38,468 nucleotides of DNA, taken from assembly GCA_004297315.1 (NCBI GenBank), contig SCTU01000244.1, positions 1-38,468 on the forward strand, given 5' to 3'. Source of the stretch: Dehalococcoidia bacterium. Its GTDB lineage: Bacteria > Chloroflexota > Dehalococcoidia > UBA2979. The position numbers and the translations under genes are program-made. How positions within the stretch are numbered: the first letter of the stretch is position 1; each line of letters starts with the position of its first letter. Shown piece by piece: positions 1-7,344 of the stretch. The notes under the pieces are model-generated. The model was given only the letters and a program-made list of their open reading frames with translations. It made no database searches and was not told the origin of the DNA.

Positions 1-377
1 ACCTCGCCACCGACCCGGTCGAGGACTCCTCGCCCGGCACGCAGCCGGCCGTCGCCGAGGCCTACGCCGCCACGGCCCCGGCCGTCCCCGCCGCGCCGGT
101 CGCCGCCCCCGTCGCCTGGATGGCCCCGCCCGCGCTCTCGGCGTCGACGCCCGCGCCGGCCTCCGCCCCCGCGTACTCCTCGACGGTGGCGGTCGCGGTG
201 ACGTCAACGACCACGACAGCGGCCGGGGAGGTCCGCTCAGCCGCCTCGCTCTACGCCGAAGCCCGTCAGAAGGGCTACGAGGGCGACCCCTGCGGCGACT
301 GCGGCCAGCTGATGCTGGTCCGCAACGGCACCTGCCTCAAGTGCATGAACTGCGGCGCGACGAGTGGCTGTAGCTAG
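1..377 (+). CDS. nrdJ: Class II (adenosylcobalamin-dependent) ribonucleotide reductase, C-terminal fragment; the 5' end lies outside the window
   Basis: Frame 3 is open from base 3 to the TAG at 375-377. An Ala/Pro-rich linker is followed by the tail GDPCGDCGQLMLVRNGTCLKCMNCGATSGCS, a 4-Cys zinc-ribbon tail I recognise from NrdJ-type reductases. Only the tail is visible, so the call rests on that motif. Confidence 0.6.
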   Translation, partial: LATDPVEDSSPGTQPAVAEAYAATAPAVPAAPVAAPVAWMAPPALSASTPAPASAPAYSSTVAVAVTSTTTTAAGEVRSAASLYAEARQKGYEGDPCGDCGQLMLVRNGTCLKCMNCGATSGCS

Positions 378-795
378 GAATCCCTTGGATGACTGGGGAT
401 CCGGGTCGCGCTGGAATCGTCCCGATCGGATGTTCGAGGTCGGTACGCCTGGCGTTTCTGATCTCCGTCGGATCATCCCGGGCGGGATGTCATCAAGCGA
501 CCTCGTGGTGAGCCACGGGTCACGGCCAGGCCGGGGCCCGTCCGAGCGGACAGGCGTTGGCGCGTTGGCTCTTCACGGAAACGGTACTCGGGGATGTGCT
601 ATTCCGGGTCCGCGATCGCCTGGCCGCCTCTGAAGATGCCGCAGAGCGGCGGGCGCAAGGGGGCATCGTGCCGGGAGCATTCGTCCAACTCAGGCGAAGC
701 GAAGGACAGCGGTAGCAGCCCCCGCGAGCTACGTCGTTCGCTGGCGAGATGCGTGCACGCTCCTGCGTCCTTGCGGGGTCGACCTACATCTCCAG

Positions 796-1593
796 TCACC
801 TCGGAGCACGGCCCGCCGCCTCCGTCAACCAGAACTCGACGAAGATCGTGCCGTCGAAATTCGCGCCGGCCGTGTGCCCCTGGTTTGGGAACTCCACATA
901 GACCGACTTCACGCCAGCCGCCCGGAGCGTCTCGTGAGTCGCCCGTACTTCCTGCTTCCAGCCCTCATCGAGGGCTCCAACGCCGTTGAACACCGCGCGA
1001 CCGGCCATGGCTGCCGTCAGCGCGGCGGCGTCCATGGGCGCCAGTACCCCCGGTGCCCCAAGCAGCGTGTCGAATCGCTGTGGCTCGCGGACCGCGAGGC
1101 CGAATGCCACGAGGCCACCGTTTGAGACGCCCGCCAGATGCGTCGCGGACGGGCGTCCGTAGCAGGCGATCACCTCGTCGATGATCCGGTACGTGCGGCC
1201 CGCCTCACTGATGTAGTCATCTTCAACAACGGTGTAGGGCAGCACCACGCGGAACTCATCGATGCCGCGCGCCTTCGAGAGGTAGTTCGTCCATATGCGC
1301 ATCGCCGAGTTCCGGCGTCCGCTCCCCCCGCCGAGAAACACGACTAACGGTGCGTCGGGACGGTCGGGCATCGGGTCACGGATGAAATATGGGGCCTCGC
1401 CGACGTCCTTGATCTCACGCAACTCCCCGGGGAGGGCGGCGCTGCATCCACCTGCTCGCTGGTCCGAGGCGGCGGTCGGGGTTGACGGCTCGGACGGAGC
1501 GGCTGTCGGGGCCGAGGTACCCACCACCGGGGGGTTCGAGGCATCCGTTGCTGAGGAGCATGCCGTCGTGAACAGCAAGGCCGCACACGCCAT
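796..1593 (-). CDS. Alpha/beta-fold serine hydrolase (esterase-like) lipoprotein
   Basis: The track ORF 796..2130 is credible only from the ATG at 1591-1593. The upstream part is Arg/Pro-rich and overlaps the neighbouring gene. The N-terminus MACAALLFTTAC carries a lipobox. Further motifs are PLVVFLGGGSG, the nucleophile elbow G-V-S-N-G (LAGVSNGG) and a C-terminal NQGHT His. An alternative GTG start at 1677 has an AAGGGA Shine-Dalgarno. Confidence 0.7.
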   Translation of the reverse strand: MACAALLFTTACSSATDASNPPVVGTSAPTAAPSEPSTPTAASDQRAGGCSAALPGELREIKDVGEAPYFIRDPMPDRPDAPLVVFLGGGSGRRNSAMRIWTNYLSKARGIDEFRVVLPYTVVEDDYISEAGRTYRIIDEVIACYGRPSATHLAGVSNGGLVAFGLAVREPQRFDTLLGAPGVLAPMDAAALTAAMAGRAVFNGVGALDEGWKQEVRATHETLRAAGVKSVYVEFPNQGHTAGANFDGTIFVEFWLTEAAGRAPR

Positions 1594-1697
1594 CGCGATC
1601 GCACGGGCGCCCTGGGATCGGCCAAGCCGCCACTGAACGGCGCCGCGGCCCCGAGTGAGAGGCGTCGCAAGGAACACGCATCCCTTTAAGTTGGGCT

Positions 1698-2543
1698 TCA
1701 ATTCGCGATGGTCCGTCTGAGGCGAAACGGTGATGCGCCTTTCCACTGACGCCGAGCGTGATTCGCGACATTGCCGACCAGCAATGCGGCTGGGAGGAAG
1801 TAGACGATGCCGGTGGTCATGAAGAGGAGATATCCGATGCCGGCAACCAGTGCGCCGTACCAGATCTGATCGAAATACCTCGTCGGGCTCGTCGGAGGGT
1901 CGTCGAGTATGTAGCAAGCGAAGAAGACAGCCATGTGCACATCGGATGCGCCGAAGACCTCGGCCACTCTGACAGGGTCGGGGCCGAAAGCGGTGACGGT
2001 AAACAGGCTGAAGTACGTGCCGAGGAACGCGAGGACCAGCGGAAGTTTGTTGACGTGGTCGACGATCCAGATGCCTGGAAGCAGGATCAGCACCATCCCC
2101 GAGGGCCCGTATGCGGAAAGGCCGCCCCACCAGCTCTCGCCCTGGCCGAACATCAGATGGACGGCTACGAGGCCGACGATCGCCGGATTGAAGACGTTCG
2201 TGGTGCCGCTCCGGATCAGGTGCTTGGATGTCACGCCGATCGCCGCAGCCGCTGCCAGAACGTACGCCGGTGCGTAGGGGTCGAGCACGAGCGCGATGAC
2301 CAAGCCCGTAAGCAGAGCGCCGCTCGGGAACTCCGGCGCGCGACGCCAGGCCGCACGCAGAAGCGCGTCTATGGCTACCGCGGTGACCGCAGCCGCCGCT
2401 ACTCCCGGCATCGTCACGCTGAGGCCAGTCGCCACGGAGCCAATCGCCACGATCGCCCCGATGAAGATCAGCATGTAGCCCTTGGGCGATCGCAGTACAT
2501 GTCGTGCCGTGTGCATGGCTTCCGCCGCGTATGCCGCGTTCAC
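1698..2543 (-). CDS. NqrB/RnfD-family-like polytopic membrane protein (stand-alone)
   Basis: The 281-aa product is hydrophobic throughout. The segment LTGLVIALVLDP...IGVTSKHLIRSGTTNVFNPAIVGLV resembles the conserved TGLLLA...K...G.N.FNPA core of NqrB/RnfD. No [ST]GA[ST] flavinylation motif is visible. The GTG start overlaps the apbE stop (GTGA at 2540-2543). Confidence 0.6.
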   Translation of the reverse strand: MNAAYAAEAMHTARHVLRSPKGYMLIFIGAIVAIGSVATGLSVTMPGVAAAAVTAVAIDALLRAAWRRAPEFPSGALLTGLVIALVLDPYAPAYVLAAAAAIGVTSKHLIRSGTTNVFNPAIVGLVAVHLMFGQGESWWGGLSAYGPSGMVLILLPGIWIVDHVNKLPLVLAFLGTYFSLFTVTAFGPDPVRVAEVFGASDVHMAVFFACYILDDPPTSPTRYFDQIWYGALVAGIGYLLFMTTGIVYFLPAALLVGNVANHARRQWKGASPFRLRRTIAN

Positions 2544-3442
2544 GGGGCAGACCTGTCCAGGCCCGGCGTCGCTGTCATCTCGAACGAAGGATCGATGAGT
2601 AACGCTTCGGCGTCGTAACGAGCAATCAGTGGTAGCGCCCGCGCTGGGCCGAGCACGCAGGCGGCTGTAGCGAGCGCATCCGCGAGCATGCCACTGGAGG
2701 CGACGACGGTTGCGCTGATCAGTCCGTGTGCAGACTGGCCGGTCACGGGATCAAGCAGATGATGTCCCTCAGCAACGTCGGGTTGGGTGCGGAGATAACT
2801 GCCCGACGTGCACACCGCCGCGTCTCTTACCTCGAGAACCCGACACGCTGTTGCCGGGTCGCGCGGGTCGCGGACCTGGATTGGCCACGACGGAAGACCT
2901 GGCGGCGCCCCACGGACCAGGAGGTCGCCCCCGGCAGCAATCATGTGATTCGGGAACTTGTGCAGTTCCTCGCTCGCAAGGTCGATCGCAAAGCCCTTCG
3001 CCACGGCTCCGAGGTCGAGCGTCATCGCGGTCTCCAACGTAACTTTGCGGCGCGGCACGTCGATTGAGATGTCTCGGTACGACGCCGTGGCCTGACGAGA
3101 TTGCGGTGAAGACTCGACGCCGTCGCGATAGCCGTATCGGAAGCCAGCACGGATCATCGCGTCGCCCACAGTTGGGTCGAAGGCCCCCTCGCTCGCCTCG
3201 GCCATTCCGATCGCGAACTGAAGCAGGCGGAAGAGCAACGGGCTGACGGCGACGGGCACCCAGACCGTCGCGGAAAGCCGTGCCAGTTCACTGTCGCGGT
3301 CGAATCGGTTGCACGTCGTCTCGACGAGGTGAAACCAGTTGAAGGCGCGCGAGATCGCCTCGCGCGCCTTGCCCATGTCGCCGGGCGGCCAGACCTCAAT
3401 CGTGACGCCAGTGTCCATGAAGATTCGAAGCTGCCTGATCAC
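2540..3442 (-). CDS. apbE: FAD:protein FMN transferase (ApbE family), with no recognisable signal peptide
   Basis: ApbE-type motifs are present: IFMDTGVTIEV (the MGT-type core start at residue 9), FDPTVG, DLGAVAKGFA, AAGGDL and CTSGSY. The GTG start overlaps the stop of the upstream FMN_bind gene (GTGA at 3439-3442). No in-frame start lies further upstream in the ORF track. Confidence 0.85.
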   Translation of the reverse strand: MIRQLRIFMDTGVTIEVWPPGDMGKAREAISRAFNWFHLVETTCNRFDRDSELARLSATVWVPVAVSPLLFRLLQFAIGMAEASEGAFDPTVGDAMIRAGFRYGYRDGVESSPQSRQATASYRDISIDVPRRKVTLETAMTLDLGAVAKGFAIDLASEELHKFPNHMIAAGGDLLVRGAPPGLPSWPIQVRDPRDPATACRVLEVRDAAVCTSGSYLRTQPDVAEGHHLLDPVTGQSAHGLISATVVASSGMLADALATAACVLGPARALPLIARYDAEALLIDPSFEMTATPGLDRSAP

Positions 3443-3981
3443 TTCGAGGCCTTGACCAACGCGTCACTCACGGCCCGCACGTAGGCGCTGCTGCTGTCCG
3501 TTGCGCCGGTAACCCTCGTCACATGCAGGAGGTCCTGGAGTTCGACGACCTGCTCCTCGAGCGGCGCGATGCGGTCGCAGGGATAGCGCGTCCCGCATTC
3601 CGTGATCTGCGCGCCGACGATGAGTCCGCCGGCGATCACGACCTCGACGTCCACCGTGCCGTGAGGGCCGCGGCCCGCGCCGGCGAAGGTCCCGTCACGG
3701 TACGGCGACGGGGTAGACAACGGCGGCGGCGTAGGGCGCAATCCCGGAGTCCCTGGTACCAAAGAGGGCGCGGTCTGCGATGTTGCGCTCGCGAGCCGCA
3801 CGATCGTGTCGAAGTCACGGCGATCGTCAATTGACCGAGTCTGCGTGTAGCCCGCCGCATACACAGCGAGGATGGCCGACGAACTCAGCGCAACCAGGGA
3901 AGGTGAGACCTTACGCCGGCGTCGCGAAGAGGGCCGTGCCACGGGTAGTCCTGTCATCCGGCAATCGAGCGCCGATGCCAA
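3439..3981 (-). CDS. Membrane-anchored FMN-binding-domain protein (predicted ApbE flavinylation substrate)
   Basis: The N-terminus has an Arg run plus a hydrophobic anchor (SSRRRRKVSPSLVALSSSAILAVYAAGY), followed by a Pro-rich linker. The FMN_bind-like core is YRDGTFAGAGRGPHGTVDVEVVIAGGLIVGAQI ... VTRVTGATDSSSAYVRAVSDAL. TGAT matches the [ST]GA[ST] flavinylation motif. An alternative ATG start is at 3957. Confidence 0.8.
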   Translation of the reverse strand: MASALDCRMTGLPVARPSSRRRRKVSPSLVALSSSAILAVYAAGYTQTRSIDDRRDFDTIVRLASATSQTAPSLVPGTPGLRPTPPPLSTPSPYRDGTFAGAGRGPHGTVDVEVVIAGGLIVGAQITECGTRYPCDRIAPLEEQVVELQDLLHVTRVTGATDSSSAYVRAVSDALVKASK

Positions 3982-4008
3982 GTCGCGAGTTGCTCTGGGG
4001 CCGCACCG

Positions 4009-4557
4009 CTAGGGCGCGACCACGGTCAGCGTGCCCTTCAGGTCGGGGTGCAGCGGGTCGCTGACCTGGTACGTCCCTGGAGCCAGGGCATAGAAATGCA
4101 CGACGTCTACCTGCGTGCCGGCAGCGTAGGCGTGGACCTCCTTGAGCGTGGGCTTAACGCCACGCGGCGACGTCCCGCGCCACGCGACGAAATCCTTCGC
4201 ATGATGCTTCTCATGATCTTCCTCGGTGACACCCTCCTCGCGGACCACGTCCTCCTCTTTGGCCGCGAGCCAGAGGATCTCGGTCGCATCGAGGCCCACA
4301 ACGCGATAATGGAACTCGTCAGCACTTCGGTTGCGGAGAATCAATTGGATGCTGGGCCCGGCGGGTATGCGTACATCAGCAGGTTCATAGCCTTTCTCAG
4401 AGACGTCGATGTTGACGGTCACCGCTTCCGCGTCCTCGTCCGGCCGGTACGTGCCATCTCCGCCCGCGCCACAGCTCACGGCGACGAGGGCGACCGCCCC
4501 GAGGAGCGCGACCGCAAACGTGCGCATGATCACCCGTCGTCGCGAGTCCATTGCCAT
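4009..4557 (-). CDS. Cupredoxin-fold-like lipoprotein lacking the copper-ligand Cys
   Basis: A lipobox is present (LVAVSCG). The pattern VTVNIDVSEKGYEPADVRIPAGPSIQLILRNRSADEFHY ... PGTYQVSDPLHPDLKGTLTVV follows the cupredoxin_1 layout (F.P..i.v.aG..v.l...N.....H ... pGtY.f.C...gH..GM.G.l.V). The Cys and the terminal Met positions are substituted. The insertion EEGVTEEDHEKHHAKDF is rich in His and Glu. The start could instead be the ATG at 4551, which has better spacing to GGGGAG. Confidence 0.55.
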   Translation of the reverse strand: MAMDSRRRVIMRTFAVALLGAVALVAVSCGAGGDGTYRPDEDAEAVTVNIDVSEKGYEPADVRIPAGPSIQLILRNRSADEFHYRVVGLDATEILWLAAKEEDVVREEGVTEEDHEKHHAKDFVAWRGTSPRGVKPTLKEVHAYAAGTQVDVVHFYALAPGTYQVSDPLHPDLKGTLTVVAP

Positions 4558-4565
4558 CTCCCCGC

Positions 4566-5039
4566 CTACGACTGCTTGCCGAGGACTGCGAGATAGGCGA
4601 CGACCGCCTTGATCTCGTCATCAGTCAATTTCACGATCGACATCATGCCGACGGTGGCGAGCGCTTTCCGGACCTGCTCTTCGTCGGCACCCCGGTTCGC
4701 CGGCGCTCCGATGCAGCTGCTGCCCTTGCCGTCCATCCCGTGGCAGGCTGCGCAGCCCACGCCACCTGCGGTCTTCTCAAAGATCTCCTTGCCCCGGACC
4801 AGCACTGCATCCGCAGCGGTTGCCGCGGCCGGGTCGCTTGGCACCGGTGCTGATGCGGCGGCGGCTCCGCCCGGCGCTACGGATAGTGCCGCGATTCCGC
4901 CGCCGGGCCCAGAACTCGCTGGCTGCGACGTTCCGTCCCGGGACGCGGAGGCTGCGCCACCGCAGGCCGTCGCGATCACCATCGCCGCGACCGCAATCAG
5001 TCCCGGGACGAGGATCCTGCGAGCTGTGTGATCCTTCAT
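4566..5039 (-). CDS. Lipoprotein-tethered class I c-type cytochrome
   Basis: A lipobox is present (VIATACGG), followed by an Ala/Ser/Pro-rich linker. The heme motif is CAACH in TAGGVGCAACHGMDGKG, with a candidate distal Met in VGMMSIVKLTDDEI. The ATG at 5037-5039 is preferred over the TTG at 5060. Confidence 0.85.
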   Translation of the reverse strand: MKDHTARRILVPGLIAVAAMVIATACGGAASASRDGTSQPASSGPGGGIAALSVAPGGAAAASAPVPSDPAAATAADAVLVRGKEIFEKTAGGVGCAACHGMDGKGSSCIGAPANRGADEEQVRKALATVGMMSIVKLTDDEIKAVVAYLAVLGKQS

Positions 5040-5097
5040 GTCGTGACTCTTACGCGTCAACGTCTGGGGCTGGCCGAAACGGAGTGCTGATGGCGCG

Positions 5098-5568
5098 CTA
5101 TTGCCCGCCCAAGGACTTCACGAAGGCAGCAACGGCCACGATCTCGTCCTCAGACAACTTGATGAATCCCATGACCGGTACGCCGCCCGCCAGGGCTGCA
5201 CGGATCCTCGAGATGTCGGCGCCTCGGATGTTCGGGGCACCGAGCTTGGCGGCTCCGTCACCGCGAGCTTCCATGCCATGACACATTTGGCAGCCGACGC
5301 CGCCGGCGGTCTGCTGGAAGATGATCTGGCCCTTCGCGATGAGGTCCTTCTCAGGGTCGCCCGTGGAGGCGGGGGCGGTCGCGGGAGCCGTCGTCGAGGT
5401 TACGGGCGCAGACGTGGTGGTCGCTGTCGCTGCCGTCGCTGCCGTCGCCGACGCCTTCACGCCTGCGCCTGCCGTCTCGGCACTCCCGCTGCAGGCGATG
5501 GCTAGGGCAGCCATCGATGCGACGAGGCCGAGCAGGAGTGCGCGCGCGGGCTTGGTGTACATCTTCAT
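5098..5568 (-). CDS. Lipoprotein-tethered class I c-type cytochrome (paralog of 4566..5039)
   Basis: A lipobox is present (LAIACSGS), followed by an Ala/Thr-rich linker. The heme motif is CQMCH in TAGGVGCQMCHGMEARG, with a candidate distal Met in VPVMGFIKLSEDEI. The heme domain aligns by eye along its whole length with the neighbouring cytochrome. Confidence 0.85.
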   Translation of the reverse strand: MKMYTKPARALLLGLVASMAALAIACSGSAETAGAGVKASATAATAATATTTSAPVTSTTAPATAPASTGDPEKDLIAKGQIIFQQTAGGVGCQMCHGMEARGDGAAKLGAPNIRGADISRIRAALAGGVPVMGFIKLSEDEIVAVAAFVKSLGGQ

Positions 5569-5686
5569 CGTTGTGGCCTTCTCTTCCTGGACGTTCGGTC
5601 GCCGCCGAAAGCCAGGTGCGCCCCAGTCCAGCGGGGACCGGGGCGCCCTGGGCTACTTGCTTATCTGACTACCCGCGCGGTGCCTC

Positions 5687-7168
5687 CTATCGAGCCGGAG
5701 CCGGCGTGGCGGCAGCGGCTGCGACCGAGGCGGCGGCCGCCGCCTTCATCTTTGCCCACATGTCAGGCCCCGGAGTCGCGTGGTCGGCCATCTTGGTGCC
5801 GGCGCCGTCGGCCGCGTAGCTGACGAAGGCGCCAGAGTGCGTGTCACCACCGTACGAGACGGGAATCCGTGCCTTCACCTTGTTGGTGTTCAGGTCCAGG
5901 ACGATCGTCTCCCACGTGCCCGAGCTGCTGATCCACATCTCCGCCTTCGCGGGGTCCGGGTGCAGGATGCCGTGGTCGATGATCTGGCCACCAGTCTCGA
6001 TCGGCATCGGCACGTCCACATTGTTCGGGACGCTCATCGTCTTGGTGTTCATCACCGAGACGCCGCCACCGATGTTGTGCGTGCCTTCACCCTTGCCCAT
6101 GATGTAGAGCTTCGTCTGGTCCCAGCCGAGGCGGATGCCGTACGGGCCAGCCACGCCCGCGCTTCCCTTGGCGACCACGGCGTTCGTCGCCAGGTCGATC
6201 TTGTAGATCATGCTTCCGTGGCCGTCCGCGACGAAGAGGAACTTGCCGTCGGACGTGGCAGCGGTGCCAATCGGGTGGTTGCCCACCTCAGTGATCACCG
6301 TCACGCCGCCGGTCTTCAGGTCAAGCTTCGCGATGTTCGCCACATGCGCCGGAGCCTCGCGGATCCAGGCCGACCCCATCGAGATGAAGAGGTACTGCCC
6401 GGTCGGGTCTGCCGACACATACGGGTGTCCCATCGGAGCGATGTCGGCATCGGTGATGGCCTTGACGACCTTGTTGTCGTCCTTCGGGTCGAGCAAGAAG
6501 TACGGCCCGCCGGTCGCACCAAAGCCATACTCGAGCACCACGCGGTCCTTGCCTTCGAAGTCAACGAAGGAAGTGATGTGGTGGATGTCCTGTGAGCGGT
6601 CCTTGCCTTGGACCTTGCTCGACTGCCTCAGGACCTTGTCGAGTTTCAGCGTCTTCGCGTTGACGACGAGCGTGACGTGCTGTTGTACCTTCTTGTCGTC
6701 CTCGTAGACGTAACCGAGGTACGCCCACTGGCCGTCAGGCGATAGGCCCAGGCCGTGCGGCTGACGGACCGCAGTGCCGCCGAGGTCGAACAGCGCGGAG
6801 GCGATGCTCTCCTTGCTGTTTGCGTCGATCACCTGGATGCCGGGGAGTTTGTTGCTCTTGGACGGCCGGTGCGCGTAGCCCTGCCCGATGCTGGTGAAGT
6901 AGACGAGCGGGTGGGCCTTCATGTCCCACGCGTTGTTACCTTTGGAGTCGTATGTCGCGACGAGTTGTAGGCCGCCACGGAGGGACTCCTCGGTGTTCCA
7001 GCCAGATGCCGCCGCTCCGGCTGCCACCGGTTGGAGCTGGCCCGCCTGGACGATCTTCGTCGCCTCGGTCGACTTGGCCTCCTCCTTCTTCTCGGTGCAG
7101 GCTGCCGCCCCGAGCAGCGTCATCGCTGCCAGGACAACCAGCCCCACTCTGATCACTGGTTTCCTCAT
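5687..7168 (-). CDS. Secreted beta-propeller lipoprotein (YVTN/NosZ-like blade repeats, His-rich); function unknown
   Basis: The ATG at 7166-7168 is preceded by AGGAGG at 6-nt spacing. The lipobox is LLGAAAC. Repeated blade-start motifs are QPHGLGLSPDGQWAYL, MGHPYVSADPTGQYLF, GNHPIGTAATSDGKFLFVAD and GPYGIRLGWDQTKLYI, plus DIHHITSF, IIDHGILHPD and GGDTHSGAF. The C-terminal tail is Ala-rich. Confidence 0.7.
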   Translation of the reverse strand: MRKPVIRVGLVVLAAMTLLGAAACTEKKEEAKSTEATKIVQAGQLQPVAAGAAASGWNTEESLRGGLQLVATYDSKGNNAWDMKAHPLVYFTSIGQGYAHRPSKSNKLPGIQVIDANSKESIASALFDLGGTAVRQPHGLGLSPDGQWAYLGYVYEDDKKVQQHVTLVVNAKTLKLDKVLRQSSKVQGKDRSQDIHHITSFVDFEGKDRVVLEYGFGATGGPYFLLDPKDDNKVVKAITDADIAPMGHPYVSADPTGQYLFISMGSAWIREAPAHVANIAKLDLKTGGVTVITEVGNHPIGTAATSDGKFLFVADGHGSMIYKIDLATNAVVAKGSAGVAGPYGIRLGWDQTKLYIMGKGEGTHNIGGGVSVMNTKTMSVPNNVDVPMPIETGGQIIDHGILHPDPAKAEMWISSSGTWETIVLDLNTNKVKARIPVSYGGDTHSGAFVSYAADGAGTKMADHATPGPDMWAKMKAAAAASVAAAAATPAPAR

Positions 7169-7344
7169 GTCGCTCCTCCTCGCCTCCCCTTCGGCCATCC
7201 GAATGGTCAAGCGCAATCCCGTTACCAAGCGTTAGTACTCCGCCGTCGAGTGCGATCGTCGGGGCGCGGGTGCATGGCGAGAACACCAGAAATGGTGGGG
7301 GCCGATGTGGGGAGCGCTAGGGGGACGAGGCAACTGAGGAATGG

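Noticed and set aside
378-795. A 418-bp convergent intergenic region with somewhat lower GC. I checked it by eye for tRNA, tmRNA, SRP RNA, RNase P and riboswitch signatures, and for the short ORFs 364..633 and 594..989.
   Set aside because: I could not find conserved RNA motifs; the GAAGGACAGCGGTAGCAGCC stretch only loosely resembles the SRP GGAA/AGCAGC core. The ORFs have no motifs and poor-looking composition. It would need a covariance-model scan (Rfam/Infernal) to settle.
796-2130. The full-length 444-aa version of the hydrolase ORF.
   Set aside because: The first ~180 codons overlap the RnfD-like gene and translate to Arg/Pro-rich junk. A lipobox-bearing Met at 1593 gives a normal lipoprotein.
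1758-2618. A 286-aa plus-strand ORF lies antisense to the RnfD-like and ApbE genes.
   Set aside because: The product is Arg/Asp/His-rich with no recognisable motifs and fully overlaps a convincing membrane-protein gene. It is a typical shadow ORF of high-GC DNA.
5340-5470. Short reiterated GTCGCTGCC-like units, and the similar Ala/Thr/Pro-coding repetition at about 17600-17800 and 4830-4960.
   Set aside because: These are low-complexity linker-coding sequence of tethered lipoproteins, not structured tandem repeats or CRISPR-like arrays. The units are imperfect and in frame with the genes.
5612-5651. An imperfect hairpin (5+7-bp stem with a 1-nt bulge and a 15-nt loop) between the propeller gene and the first cytochrome gene.
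   Set aside because: The loop is long, there is no U-tract, and such pairings are common by chance in GC-rich DNA. This is not enough to call an attenuator.
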